A DNA stretch of 41,781 nucleotides from Candidatus Deferrimicrobia bacterium. GTDB taxonomy: Bacteria > Desulfobacterota > Deferrimicrobia > J040. Of the stretch, positions 15,743-24,647 are shown one piece after another. Position 1 is the first letter of the stretch, and each line of letters opens with the position of its first letter. Location of the stretch: assembly GCA_041563215.1 (NCBI GenBank), contig JBFFNJ010000001.1, forward strand, positions 1 through 41,781, given 5' to 3'. The translations under genes and the position numbers were made by a program. The notes under the pieces were generated by a model. It worked only from the letters and a program-made list of their open reading frames with translations. It ran no database searches and was not told the origin of the DNA.

Positions 15743-16435
15743 TCAGCGGCTCAAGACTCCCATCATACCGGCATATATCTTTCCCGTTATTTCTATAATA
15801 ATATATATATTTAATTTTATATTACTAAACCATAACCTTACGAGTTCGACTATAAACGCCTTTTTTCCAACAACTCCTGGCAAAAGATAAAGGGGCAGAA
15901 TGATTAAGTTCAGGAGAAAGACAAGGGTTGCTGAAAAAAGGTACCCATTCCGCTTGATATCCTCCTGGCCTGAAACAAAGGATGTAACCGTGAAGGCGAG
16001 CATCATGGTGAGAAGATAGCCCGCTGAGAGGAAATATGCCCGTATTCCGGCCTGAAATCCCGCTTTTCGAAAGAGAATGGCTAGGAAAACGAAAAAAATA
16101 ATGAGTGGATAGAACAGGTAAGGCGACAGGTCAATGAGAAAATTAGTTTTTTCCACGACCACCCTCCCGCCCTGCCTGCGTGTTATGTGAAAGCCCTTGA
16201 CATCCTTGAAGAACATCTTTGACGCAAGCAGGTGAGAGAATTCGTGATTCCAGACATAAAAACTTTCAGGTTTTCTCACGACGTGGACCAGGAGGTATAT
16301 CACGCATCCCAGACCAAACAAAAGGTAATAGACTTTATCAAGTATTCCCCCCACATAGCGGAAAGGAAATGACCATACGACGAGAAAATCCAGGCAAAAC
16401 AATAGTATTCCTGCTACGAGCTTACACAGTTTCAT
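15743..16435 (-). CDS. Polytopic membrane protein with an HExxH motif (M50B-like putative metallopeptidase)
   Basis: 230 aa with about 6 hydrophobic helices. WNHEFSHLLA lies at the end of a helix, as in site-2-protease-like zinc peptidases. Family assignment is from memory only. Confidence 0.5.
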   Translation of the reverse strand: MKLCKLVAGILLFCLDFLVVWSFPFRYVGGILDKVYYLLFGLGCVIYLLVHVVRKPESFYVWNHEFSHLLASKMFFKDVKGFHITRRQGGRVVVEKTNFLIDLSPYLFYPLIIFFVFLAILFRKAGFQAGIRAYFLSAGYLLTMMLAFTVTSFVSGQEDIKRNGYLFSATLVFLLNLIILPLYLLPGVVGKKAFIVELVRLWFSNIKLNIYIIIEITGKIYAGMMGVLSR

Positions 16436-16570
16436 CTGGGCTCTTTGTATGAAAACGGGTCAATTCGATTAAAGATAATGAAAAATATGAACCCTTGCAA
16501 GGCTTTTTCCGTTTACTTCGCTTACCTGTTATGTTAAATATAATAAAAAGCCGTTTTGTTCGGAGGATTG

Positions 16571-16774
16571 ATGGGCTTGAAGAGCATGCCTAATATTCTC
16601 AAGACGAGGGACATAGCGATTTTGCTCGACCTGAGTCCCGATTCGGTCAACGATATGGCGAGAAAAGGTCAGATAAAGGGCTATAAGAGCGGAAACCAGT
16701 GGCGATTCAGGAAAAAAGACGTTGAAAAATTTTTGAAGAAGTACAACCAGAGGCAAACGTCAGGCACAGGATGA
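16571..16774 (+). CDS. Excisionase-family / MerR-superfamily helix-turn-helix DNA-binding protein
   Basis: ILKTRDIAILLDLSPDSVNDMARKGQIKGYKSGNQWRFRKKDVEKFL matches the HTH_17 pattern (binding-domain W.F....V..W/F). The track ORF starts at TTG 16556. The ATG at 16571 is preceded by GGAGG (16562-16566). ATG 16586 is also possible. Confidence 0.65.
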   Translation: MGLKSMPNILKTRDIAILLDLSPDSVNDMARKGQIKGYKSGNQWRFRKKDVEKFLKKYNQRQTSGTG

Positions 16775-16975
16775 GCAGCTGCTCGTCTTGCAACCGGCAC
16801 AGCCGGCACCTCCACCCTGCTTGAATTTCCCTTCCGATTTGTAGGCGAATACGGACATGAGTTGGACAAGCTCCGGGGAACCGCAAAACTTGCAGACCTC
16901 ACCCTCTATCGATCCGAAAACAAGGTACTCTCCTACCCCTGCGCATTTTTTGCACTCGAACTCGTAGATAGGCAT
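16760..16975 (-). CDS. FmdB-family zinc-ribbon protein (CxxC_CxxC_SSSS type)
   Basis: 71 aa. N-terminal MPIYEFECKKC...CKFCGS, two CxxC pairs typical of the FmdB family. Gly/Cys/Ser-rich tail GGGAGCAGCKTSSCSSCA. Confidence 0.75.
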   Translation of the reverse strand: MPIYEFECKKCAGVGEYLVFGSIEGEVCKFCGSPELVQLMSVFAYKSEGKFKQGGGAGCAGCKTSSCSSCA

Positions 16976-17046
16976 ATGCGTCTCTAATCCCCTCTTTTTA
17001 GGAGAATATCATATCACATGGTCACCCGATCATGACGCCGAATCAT

Positions 17047-17075
17047 TTGAAAACATCATTCTGCTGTGTTATGAT
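17047..17075 (+). promoter_or_regulatory. Near-consensus sigma70 promoter for tRNA-Arg (TTGAAA-17-TGtTATGAT)
   Basis: TTGAAA at 17047-17052, a 17-nt spacer, TATGAT at 17070-17075 preceded by TGT (extended -10). The tRNA 5' end lies 16 nt downstream. Confidence 0.5.
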
Positions 17076-17090
17076 CATACCCTGTTTGCT

Positions 17091-17167
17091 GCCCCCGTAG
17101 CTCAGGCGGATAGAGCAGCGGTTTCCTAAACCGCGTGCCGGGAGTTCGAGTCTCTCCGGGGGCACCA
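17091..17167 (+). tRNA. tRNA-Arg (anticodon CCT)
   Basis: Hand-folded 77-nt cloverleaf. Acceptor GCCCCCG/CGGGGGC, D arm GCTC/GAGC, anticodon stem GCGGT/ACCGC with loop TTCCTAA (CCT at 17125-17127), T arm GGGAG-TTCGAGT-CTCTC, encoded CCA. Confidence 0.93.
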
Positions 17168-17173
17168 CCCTCC

Positions 17174-17698
17174 TTAATCCTCGAATACCAAAAGGGAAAA
17201 ATGCTCATACGGTTTGATCTTCTCGCTCCCTCCAAGGGCAGAGAGCTCCGCGAGGAAGGCGCATTCAACGATTTCAGCGCCCATTCTCCTGACAAGGTCG
17301 ATCACCGCTTGAATCGTTCCGCCCGTCGCAAGAACGTCATCTGCGATGAGCACCTTCATTCCGGGCATGAGGGCGTCCTTGTGGATTTCCAGGCTGTCCT
17401 CGCCATACTCGAGCTGGTAGGTGACGCTCTCGGTCTCAGCGGGAAGTTTTCCGGGTTTTCTTACGATGATGACACCCGAGCAGAGTTTATAAGCGAGGGC
17501 TGCCCCCATGATGAAGCCCCTCGCCTCGACACCCAAAACGGCGTCGATGTGGATGTTGGTGTAGCGATGAGCAATGAGGTCGATGGCCATTTGGAAAGAC
17601 TTGGGATCGGCCAGGAGCGTCGTGATGTCCTTGAAAAGAATTCCCTTCTTGGGAAAGTCAGCAACATCTCTAATCTTTGCCTTGAGTTCTCCGTACAT
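17174..17698 (-). CDS. apt: Adenine phosphoribosyltransferase
   Basis: 174 aa. [25 protein letters not shown] and the PRPP loop [13 protein letters not shown] are classic Apt motifs. AGGAGG Shine-Dalgarno upstream. Confidence 0.92.
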   Translation of the reverse strand: MYGELKAKIRDVADFPKKGILFKDITTLLADPKSFQMAIDLIAHRYTNIHIDAVLGVEARGFIMGAALAYKLCSGVIIVRKPGKLPAETESVTYQLEYGEDSLEIHKDALMPGMKVLIADDVLATGGTIQAVIDLVRRMGAEIVECAFLAELSALGGSEKIKPYEHFSLLVFED

Positions 17699-17751
17699 AG
17701 AGAGAGTTACCTCCTGTAAAGATTTTATGTTTCCCGATCTCTTCCCAGCGT

Positions 17752-18417
17752 TTAGAGAAGGAGATAGTCGATAGGGTTGACCAGTTTTTCATTGTGGCGC
17801 ACCTCGAAGTGCAGGTGCGGGCCCGTTGCCCTTCCCGTCTTTCCCACCTTTCCGATTCTCTCTCTCTGCCGGACGATGTTGCCGACTTTTGTCAAAATAT
17901 TTTTCAGGTGAGAATAGAGGGTCAAGTATCCATTCTGGTGGTCTATGATAACCGTCTTGCCGTAACCCGAGTAACCCGAGCCGGCGTAAATCACCCTTCC
18001 TGATAGCGCAGCCACCACGGGAGAACCCGAAGGTGCGGCGATGTCTATCCCCTTGTGGTGGTGCCTGCTCCTCCGTTCCCCGAACCTCCCGGTGATCGTT
18101 CCGCTCACGGGCTTTATGAAGATCTTTTTCTTGGCGGAAGGAGGCGGCTTGACAATAGGAACGTCCAGGTGTTTCCTAGCGCCGGGTATAAAGATCCTCT
18201 GTCCTGCCTTTATGTCAAAAGGGTCATCGATATCGTTGTGGGATACGATCTCGCCCAAAGGGACATTGTATGTGACCGATATCCTGTAAAGGGTCTGTCC
18301 CCTTTTCACCCTGTGGTAAACTCCCGGCTGTGCGCATGAAACGATCAGGAGAAAAGAGAGTATGAGAATCAGGTGTCTCTGAAACCGTATTTCCCAACGA
18401 GTTTTACGAATCTGCAT
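17752..18417 (-). CDS. nlpD: LysM-domain M23 family metallopeptidase lipoprotein (NlpD-like)
   Basis: 221 aa. Lipobox-like LLIVSC. LysM ([19 protein letters not shown]). M23 motifs HKGIDIA and [12 protein letters not shown]. Lies downstream of pcm, as in surE-pcm-nlpD clusters. Confidence 0.85.
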   Translation of the reverse strand: MQIRKTRWEIRFQRHLILILSFLLIVSCAQPGVYHRVKRGQTLYRISVTYNVPLGEIVSHNDIDDPFDIKAGQRIFIPGARKHLDVPIVKPPPSAKKKIFIKPVSGTITGRFGERRSRHHHKGIDIAAPSGSPVVAALSGRVIYAGSGYSGYGKTVIIDHQNGYLTLYSHLKNILTKVGNIVRQRERIGKVGKTGRATGPHLHFEVRHNEKLVNPIDYLLL

Positions 18418-19034
18418 CCTCCAAGAAAGCTTTTGTCGAGACCCCCTGCCCTCTTGACCCCCTTTAAAAGCTCCTGCTCGAACTGCTTGCCTACGGGAGC
18501 GATAACGATTCCCCCCTCGGACAGTTGCTCCACAACGGGCTGCGGAATGTTCGGTGTCGCTGCGGTTATCAAAACCCTGTCATAGGGGGCTTCGTCAGGA
18601 TACCCGACCGTTCCGTCGCCTACGATGATCTGAACGTTGCGATAACCGAGATCGGAAAGCGCCGCTTCAGCCCTCTCGGCAAGCTTTGGTATCCTCTCTA
18701 TCGTAATTACCCTTTCGGCCAGCTCACAGAGAATGGCAGCCTGATAACCGGAACCGGTCCCGAGCTCCAAAACCTTTTCGCTTCCCGTTAGCTCAAGATG
18801 CTGCGTCATCAGGGCAACTATGTAGGGCTGTGAAATCGTCTGATTAAAACCTATCGGGAGAGGACAGTCATCGTATGCTCGGTTTCTCTGATGAAGGGGA
18901 ATAAACAGGTGCCGGGGGATTGTCCGCATCGCCTCAAGGAGCCGCGTATCACGTATGCCTCTCTTCATGATCTGGCTCTCGACCATGTGCGACCTTAACC
19001 TGCTCAACACATCAGGATCTTCTTCTCCCTTCAC
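18369..19034 (-). CDS. pcm: Protein-L-isoaspartate O-methyltransferase
   Basis: 221 aa with a GTG start. IPRHLFIP, QTISQPYIVA and VLELGTGSGYQAA are hallmark Pcm motifs. Confidence 0.9.
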   Translation of the reverse strand: MKGEEDPDVLSRLRSHMVESQIMKRGIRDTRLLEAMRTIPRHLFIPLHQRNRAYDDCPLPIGFNQTISQPYIVALMTQHLELTGSEKVLELGTGSGYQAAILCELAERVITIERIPKLAERAEAALSDLGYRNVQIIVGDGTVGYPDEAPYDRVLITAATPNIPQPVVEQLSEGGIVIAPVGKQFEQELLKGVKRAGGLDKSFLGGCRFVKLVGKYGFRDT

Positions 19035-19407
19035 GCCTGCCCCCCCCTTTCGTTATCCTCATTGATTTACTCAACGAGTCTTCCCAGTACCGTAACTGTC
19101 TGAGCGATTTGTAATTGGTCAGTTCGAGGTGAAGAGGTGTAATGCTTATATAATCGCTGTTCACAGCGAGAATGTCCGTACCCTTTCTGTTCTCAAAGCC
19201 TATCTCCTCCCCTGCTATCCAGTAATATTTTCTTCCGCGGGGGTCAGTTTTCTCGACGACGGCGTCACTGTAAATTCGCTTTCCCTGCCGGGTAATCTTT
19301 ATTCCTTTGATCTCGTTCTCCGCAACGTTGGGGACATTGACATTTAAGAGGGTGTCTTCGGGTAGACCTTTTGCCAGAATTTCTCTTGCAATGTCTGTGG
19401 CTAACAT
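19012..19407 (-). CDS. surE: 5'/3'-nucleotidase SurE, C-terminal fragment (ORF downstream of an in-frame TAA)
   Basis: 131 aa. LLNVNVP, GIKITRQG, YWIAGE and ISITPLHLELT match the C-terminal half of SurE. Same reading frame as the 19426..19836 ORF. Confidence 0.8.
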   Translation of the reverse strand: MLATDIAREILAKGLPEDTLLNVNVPNVAENEIKGIKITRQGKRIYSDAVVEKTDPRGRKYYWIAGEEIGFENRKGTDILAVNSDYISITPLHLELTNYKSLRQLRYWEDSLSKSMRITKGGGRREGRRRS

Positions 19408-19425
19408 CGATGCTATATCGACTCG

Positions 19426-19836
19426 TTAATTGTTCCTCGTCACGAGTGATATCGCAAAGGAGGGGATGCCAAGCAACCTGCCTTCTATCGCAGCAGAGAC
19501 GGTCCCGGAGTAGGTGATATCATCTCCCAGATTGCCGCCTTTGTTGATTCCCGACGCCACGAGTGCAGGTTTTTCCCGGAGGATTTTATTCACGGCGAGA
19601 TTGATGCAGTCCGTCGGGGTCCCGTCAACGGCGTATATACCCGGCTTTATCCTGTCCACCCTCAAGGGACGCTGCAGGGTGAGGGAATGACTTACACCAC
19701 TTCTCTCCCTATCGGGAGCAATGACCACGACCCGGGCTAATTTTCTCATAGCCTTCGCAAGGGCATACAGCCCTTCCGAATGGATACCGTCATCATTGGA
19801 GATAAGTATAAGGGGCTTTTTCACTTTTCCTGACAT
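19426..19836 (-). CDS. surE: 5'/3'-nucleotidase SurE, N-terminal fragment (ends at an in-frame TAA, 19426-19428)
   Basis: 136 aa. [67 protein letters not shown] full-length SurE is ~250 aa; this ORF stops after the catalytic half. Confidence 0.8.
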   Translation of the reverse strand: MSGKVKKPLILISNDDGIHSEGLYALAKAMRKLARVVVIAPDRERSGVSHSLTLQRPLRVDRIKPGIYAVDGTPTDCINLAVNKILREKPALVASGINKGGNLGDDITYSGTVSAAIEGRLLGIPSFAISLVTRNN

Positions 19837-19906
19837 GCGGTTACCCTTTTCCTGTAGATGAATTCATCATGCAGCAGTTTCATCCCCTTTCTATTTTACC
19901 GTCTTA

Positions 19907-19935
19907 GTTGTAGGATGGTCGCCTTGTGGAATCAA
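19907..19935 (-). promoter_or_regulatory. Weak candidate promoter upstream of surE (TTGATT-17-TACAAC)
   Basis: Minus strand: TTGATT (19935..19930), a 17-nt spacer, TACAAC (19912..19907). About 70 nt upstream of the surE ATG at 19836. Confidence 0.25.
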
Positions 19936-19989
19936 ATAACGGCGGATTGAGCCAGCAAGCAGCATCCGGGGCGGTAAGGAAAGAAAAAA

Positions 19990-20066
<77 letters not shown>

Positions 20067-20070
20067 ACGG

Positions 20071-20436
20071 TCATCTCGTGGTCTTCTCGAGTATTTTCTT
20101 TATTCTTTTCAGCTCTCCCTTTACGTTGAGAAGCATTTTTTGATACTTTCCCTCGTCGAGGGATAGGGATAACTGCTTTTCTTTTTCGTCCTTCTGAAGT
20201 TCCTTCAGTTTGTTCTTGGCACCGTCTATGGTAAATTTCTTGTTATACAGGAGATCTTTTATCGTTAAAAGAAGCTCGATATCTTTCGCCTTGTAGATCC
20301 TGTGGCTCGTTTTTGTCTTCGCTCTGTTTATCTTGAATTCCGATTCCCAGAATCGTATTACGTATGCCTTTACACCAACAATTTTACTTACTTCCCCAAT
20401 TTTAAAATAGATTTTATCAGGGATATTTTGCTTCAA
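20071..20436 (-). CDS. MerR-family transcriptional regulator
   Basis: 121 aa. N-terminal [25 protein letters not shown]...[13 protein letters not shown], followed by a coiled-coil tail. Sits after ihfA and before tRNA-Pro. Confidence 0.75.
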   Translation of the reverse strand: MKQNIPDKIYFKIGEVSKIVGVKAYVIRFWESEFKINRAKTKTSHRIYKAKDIELLLTIKDLLYNKKFTIDGAKNKLKELQKDEKEKQLSLSLDEGKYQKMLLNVKGELKRIKKILEKTTR

Positions 20437-20453
20437 ACTCTGCCCTCGTCAAT

Positions 20454-20750
20454 TTACAGAACTTCTTCCTGACCCAAGCTGTTGATGTGATCTTTGAGGA
20501 TCTGGCTTGCCTTGAAGGTGAGCACCCTCCTGGCAGAAATTTCTATGTCCTCGCCCGTCTGGGGATTCCGACCCCTGCGGGGCCTCTTCACTCTCACGGA
20601 GAAATTTCCAAATCCAGAAATCTTTATTTTCTCTCCATCTTTGAGGCTTTCCTTGAGTGTGTCAAACACCGTCTCTACGATGTCTTTCGCCTCTTTCTTG
20701 GATAGCCCCACCTTCTCGTAAATGATTTCTACCAGATCCGCCTTCGTCAT
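20454..20750 (-). CDS. ihfA: Integration host factor subunit alpha (HU/IHF family)
   Basis: 98 aa. MTKADLVE...GLSKKEAK..VE..F and GFGNFSVRVKRPRRGRNPQTGEDIEISARRV are canonical IHF/HU motifs. The position after pheT favours ihfA. Confidence 0.85.
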   Translation of the reverse strand: MTKADLVEIIYEKVGLSKKEAKDIVETVFDTLKESLKDGEKIKISGFGNFSVRVKRPRRGRNPQTGEDIEISARRVLTFKASQILKDHINSLGQEEVL

Positions 20751-20764
20751 ATTTTCCTCCTTCT

Positions 20765-23176
20765 TTAACTACTTCTGACCATACCACCAAATCTGTTTTC
20801 TATGAGAATAATTATTTTTCTATGAATATCATTAACTTCCTGTTCAGTCAAGGTCCTATTGTCTGCCTGATACACCACGCGCAAGCCAATACTTTTCTTA
20901 TCCGGCGGGAGTTTTTCTGAGCGGTAGACATCAAATATCGAGACGCTCTCTATCAGGGAGTCATCCACTCTCTTGACGTACGCAAGGATGTCACCGACGG
21001 GAATTTCCCTCTTAATCAAAAAAGAGATGTCTCGCTCCAGCGGGGGATACTTGGAAATCTGGCGGTACTTTCTTTCGGGACTCCTTATTTGAAAGAGAAG
21101 ATCGAGATTGATTTCAAAACAGTAGACTTCCGTGTCAATATCAAAGAGATCGCAAACGGCTGCATTAATTAATCCGATGTAACCGAGCGTTTTGTGTTCA
21201 TATTTGATGGCTGCAGATTCTCCAGGTTGAAAAATTCCCGGAATCTTTTCCGCCACGATGAAGGTGTCATCGATCTTGAGGCCGGAAAATATTTTATCGA
21301 GGACGTTCCTTGCATAGTAGAAGTCGACCTTTTTTTCCCTGCCCGACAGGGGATCGATGGAGAGATTGCCCGTAAATATGGAGGCGAGCCTGTTTTCTTC
21401 AAAGAAGTCCTTCTTGAGAGACTTTTTAAAAATCTTTCCTATCTCGAAAAGCCGCACATCCCTGTTGTACCTCGCTATATTCGTGCTGGTACTTTTGAGC
21501 AAGCCGGGCAGGAGGGAAGGTCTCAGCAGCCCTGTATCATCGGATATCGGGTTTTTAATCGTAACGGGTAACTCGGAGAAATCATCTGAAAATTCCGTGA
21601 GCTGATTGAACGTCTTCTCGGCTATGAAAGAATAGTTTATGGATTCCATCAGTCCGAGGGATGAAAGGATCTGGGAGGCACTTTTTTTAAACTCGATGAA
21701 TTCGTGGTCTGCAGAAGAGTGGGGGATGTCGGCTTTCGGATAGGTGGTGGGCACGTTGTGGTACCCCAGTATCCGGGCTATCTCCTCTACGAGGTCAATC
21801 TCGCGTGTAATGTCGAACCTGAACGAAGGAACGTGTACGAGAATCTCATCTCTTTTTCCGTCGGCTATCTCAAAGCCGAGATTGCTAAAAACCCGGATGG
21901 CATCTTTTTTTGCAATCTTCATCCCGGTAATTCTCTGTGCATTCTTCGTGCGGATCCGCACCGGGGTATATGTGCTGATCTCTCTCTTTTCATCAATGAA
22001 CCCCCTGCAGGTAGTGAAGGATGAGAAACCCGAAAGTATCGTCAAGGCCCTGTCAATCGCAAGTAGGGTCCCTGCCGGGTCCACTCCCCTTTCGAACCGG
22101 TAAGATGATTCAGTCGAAATTCCGATACGGTTCCTGCTCCTCCTCACGGAAAGGGGGTTGAAATGGGCACTTTCGAAGAGGACCTTCCTTGTCCCCTTAT
22201 GCACTTCGCTGTTTTCGCCCCCCATAATCCCTGCAACTGCAACGGGGTCTTTTCCGTCCCAGATCAACAGGGTGTCTTCATGGATCTGCCTGTCGATCCC
22301 GTCGAGAGTCGTAAACGACTTGACATCGCCTGCCCTCTTTACTGTTATCCTTCGATCCTTTATGAGGTCCAGGTCGAATGCATGCATGGGCTGTCCAAGC
22401 TCGAGGAGCAAGTAATTGGTTATGTCGACGATATTGTTGATGGGCCTCATTCCACAGAGCTGAAGCCTCCTCTGCATCCACAGGGGTGATGGGGAAACCT
22501 CGACATCATATATGACACGGGATGAATAGCGGGGGCAAAGATCGTAATCTTCGATTTCGATGGTCACCTCCCGCCCTATATCAGATCCCTCCTCGGGAAA
22601 GAAGATGGGAGGCTTTATCAGCGGAAACCCGCCAAGTGCGGCAACTTCGCGGGCTATCCCGCAGACGGAAAGGCAATCTCCCCTGTTTGGTGTGATATCG
22701 AACTCCATCAGGTAGTCATCAAGCAAGAGTGTCTCCACAATCGGTTTTCCGGGTTGGGTGTCGTCGGGCAAGATCATGATACCTTCGTGCTCGTCAGATA
22801 TTCCAAGCTCTCTCTCCGAACACATCATACCTTCCGAGTAGTATCCCCTGATTTTCGCCCTTTTTATCTCCATGCCACCGGGGAGCGTTGCCCCGATGTG
22901 GGCGAGGGGTACCCTGTCTCCCTCGGAAATATTGGGGGCCCCGCAGACGATCTGATAATCGCGCTCTCCATCATTAACGGTGCAGAGGGTCAGCTTTTCC
23001 GCTTTTGGATGGGGTTTGATCGATCTGATATGGGCGGTTACGATACTATCCAGCCCGTTTCCCAGATATCTGACAGAGGATGTCTCGATGCCCGCCATCG
23101 TCAACCTGTCGGCCGTGTCGTGGGGACCCAGATCTGTGTCGACGAATTCTCTTATCCAGGAATACAGGGCCTTCAA
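20765..23176 (-). CDS. pheT: Phenylalanine--tRNA ligase beta subunit
   Basis: 803 aa. N-terminal tRNA-binding domain (KLTLCTVNDGE..QIVCGAPN), B3/4 and B5 domains, and a C-terminal FDX-ACB domain. Follows pheS. Confidence 0.93.
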   Translation of the reverse strand: MKALYSWIREFVDTDLGPHDTADRLTMAGIETSSVRYLGNGLDSIVTAHIRSIKPHPKAEKLTLCTVNDGERDYQIVCGAPNISEGDRVPLAHIGATLPGGMEIKRAKIRGYYSEGMMCSERELGISDEHEGIMILPDDTQPGKPIVETLLLDDYLMEFDITPNRGDCLSVCGIAREVAALGGFPLIKPPIFFPEEGSDIGREVTIEIEDYDLCPRYSSRVIYDVEVSPSPLWMQRRLQLCGMRPINNIVDITNYLLLELGQPMHAFDLDLIKDRRITVKRAGDVKSFTTLDGIDRQIHEDTLLIWDGKDPVAVAGIMGGENSEVHKGTRKVLFESAHFNPLSVRRSRNRIGISTESSYRFERGVDPAGTLLAIDRALTILSGFSSFTTCRGFIDEKREISTYTPVRIRTKNAQRITGMKIAKKDAIRVFSNLGFEIADGKRDEILVHVPSFRFDITREIDLVEEIARILGYHNVPTTYPKADIPHSSADHEFIEFKKSASQILSSLGLMESINYSFIAEKTFNQLTEFSDDFSELPVTIKNPISDDTGLLRPSLLPGLLKSTSTNIARYNRDVRLFEIGKIFKKSLKKDFFEENRLASIFTGNLSIDPLSGREKKVDFYYARNVLDKIFSGLKIDDTFIVAEKIPGIFQPGESAAIKYEHKTLGYIGLINAAVCDLFDIDTEVYCFEINLDLLFQIRSPERKYRQISKYPPLERDISFLIKREIPVGDILAYVKRVDDSLIESVSIFDVYRSEKLPPDKKSIGLRVVYQADNRTLTEQEVNDIHRKIIILIENRFGGMVRSS

Positions 23177-23201
23177 AGCCTACCCCTCCATCTTGGTACC
23201 A

Positions 23202-24236
23202 TTAAAATTGAGCGAGAAACCGGGTGTCGTTCTCGAAGAAGAGCCTTATATCGTTTATTCCATACTTGAGCATGGTTATTCTTTCCACTCCCATCCCAAA
23301 TGCGAAACCAGAATAGTGTTCGAAGTCATAATTTACGAATTCGAATACTGCCGGGTCTATCATCCCACATCCCAATATCTCCAGCCACCCCGTTTCACTG
23401 CATACCCTGCAGCCATCTCCGTTGCATATTACACACTCGATATCAACTTCGGCGCTCGGCTCGGTGAAGGGGAAATAGGAGGGGCGAAAACGCAGGGTTG
23501 CCCTTCTGTTGAAAATCAACGTGCAAAACTCAGTCAGGACCCCCTTGAGATCAGAGAAGGTGATGTCCCTGTCAACTGCGAAACCCTCCACCTGGTGAAA
23601 CATGGGAGAGTGGGTAATGTCATAGTCGCAACGGTACACGGTGCCTGGTGCGATAACGCGCACGGGGGGCTGTAACCGCTCCATCACGCGGATCTGAATC
23701 GGTGAGGTGTGCGTGCGCAGTACCAGGTCTCCATCCAGGTTTGCTATGTAGAAGGTGTCCTGCATATCCCTGGCTGGATGGTCAGGGGGTATATTTAGCG
23801 CTTCAAAGTTGTAATAGTCCGTTTCTATGTCAGGGCCTGAAAACACGGTGAAGCCGAGCCGGGAAAAAACATCGATGATATGAAAGAGAGTTTCCGATAC
23901 GGGATGGATTTTTCCGGTGGGTATGAGATTCAGGGGAAGGGTGACGTCGGTTGCCGCTTCAGCACCGATCCTCTCCTTCCTCCTCCTCTTTATCTCCGCG
24001 AGCTTCGCTTCAAAGAGCTGTTCGAGCTCCCGTTTCGCTTCGTTGGAGCTTTTCCCGGCCTTTCTCCTTTCATCTGCAGAAAGAGACACGAGGGTTTTCA
24101 TGAGGGCGGACAATGACCCTTTCCTGCCGAAATACCTCCCCTTTATCTCGAGGAGGTCCCCTTCCCTCTCGGCTTTTTCAATGAGATCTTTTGCTTCTTG
24201 ACGGATGCGCTTTATTGTTTCGTGTAGGTCGGACAA
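23202..24236 (-). CDS. pheS: Phenylalanine--tRNA ligase alpha subunit
   Basis: 344 aa with a TTG start. HPARDMQDTFY, RTHTSPIQIR, FRPSYFPFTEPSAEVD and GFAFGMGVERI are class II PheS motifs. Confidence 0.93.
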   Translation of the reverse strand: MSDLHETIKRIRQEAKDLIEKAEREGDLLEIKGRYFGRKGSLSALMKTLVSLSADERRKAGKSSNEAKRELEQLFEAKLAEIKRRRKERIGAEAATDVTLPLNLIPTGKIHPVSETLFHIIDVFSRLGFTVFSGPDIETDYYNFEALNIPPDHPARDMQDTFYIANLDGDLVLRTHTSPIQIRVMERLQPPVRVIAPGTVYRCDYDITHSPMFHQVEGFAVDRDITFSDLKGVLTEFCTLIFNRRATLRFRPSYFPFTEPSAEVDIECVICNGDGCRVCSETGWLEILGCGMIDPAVFEFVNYDFEHYSGFAFGMGVERITMLKYGINDIRLFFENDTRFLAQF

Positions 24237-24242
24237 TTCAAC

Positions 24243-24599
24243 TCAACCCAGAGAGGATTTCGCAATTTCCACTAAATGCCTGAAAGCATCTTCGTCGTGT
24301 ATTGCAAGGTTGGCGAGGATTTTCCTGTCGATATCGATGTCCGCTCTTTTCAGGCCGTTTATGAACTTGCTGTATGAAAGCCCGTGAAGACGGGTTGCCG
24401 CGTTTATCCTCTGGATCCAGAGTGCACGTATATCCCTTTTACGCACTTTCCTGTCACGATAGGAATACATGAGGGCCTTGGCCACGGCTTCTTTTGCGGT
24501 CCTCACAAGCCTGCTCCTTCCCCCTCTGTATCCCTTCGCCATCTTGAGGATCTTCTTCTTTTTCTTTCTCGTATGGCTGCTTCTTTTTGCTCTCGACAT
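24243..24599 (-). CDS. rplT: 50S ribosomal protein L20
   Basis: 118 aa. Highly basic, YRGGRS...AKEAV.KAL.Y.YRDRK.RKRD.R.LWI.RINAA. Confidence 0.95.
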   Translation of the reverse strand: MSRAKRSSHTRKKKKKILKMAKGYRGGRSRLVRTAKEAVAKALMYSYRDRKVRKRDIRALWIQRINAATRLHGLSYSKFINGLKRADIDIDRKILANLAIHDEDAFRHLVEIAKSSLG

Positions 24600-24647
24600 C
24601 TCACCGTCTCCTGGAAGTTATATCTTTTCCCTGTCTTTCGGGCCTCA

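Noticed and set aside
15743-17167. Excisionase-type HTH gene next to tRNA-Arg as a remnant of an integrated mobile element
   Set aside because: No integrase, no direct repeat of the tRNA 3' end that I could see, and the HTH gene lies upstream of the tRNA 5' end rather than beyond its 3' end. HTH_17-type proteins are also common stand-alone regulators.
17135-17719. 194-aa ORF on the plus strand overlapping apt
   Set aside because: It lies entirely antisense to a gene with unmistakable Apt motifs. Its translation has no recognisable motifs and starts inside the tRNA-Arg. It is a typical shadow ORF.
24234-24245. rplT and pheS lie in the same frame, separated only by TGA-GTT-GAA before the TTG start: possible readthrough fusion
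   Set aside because: Same-frame adjacency occurs by chance one time in three. An L20-PheS fusion has no precedent I know of. A TTG reinitiation start after the stop explains the arrangement.
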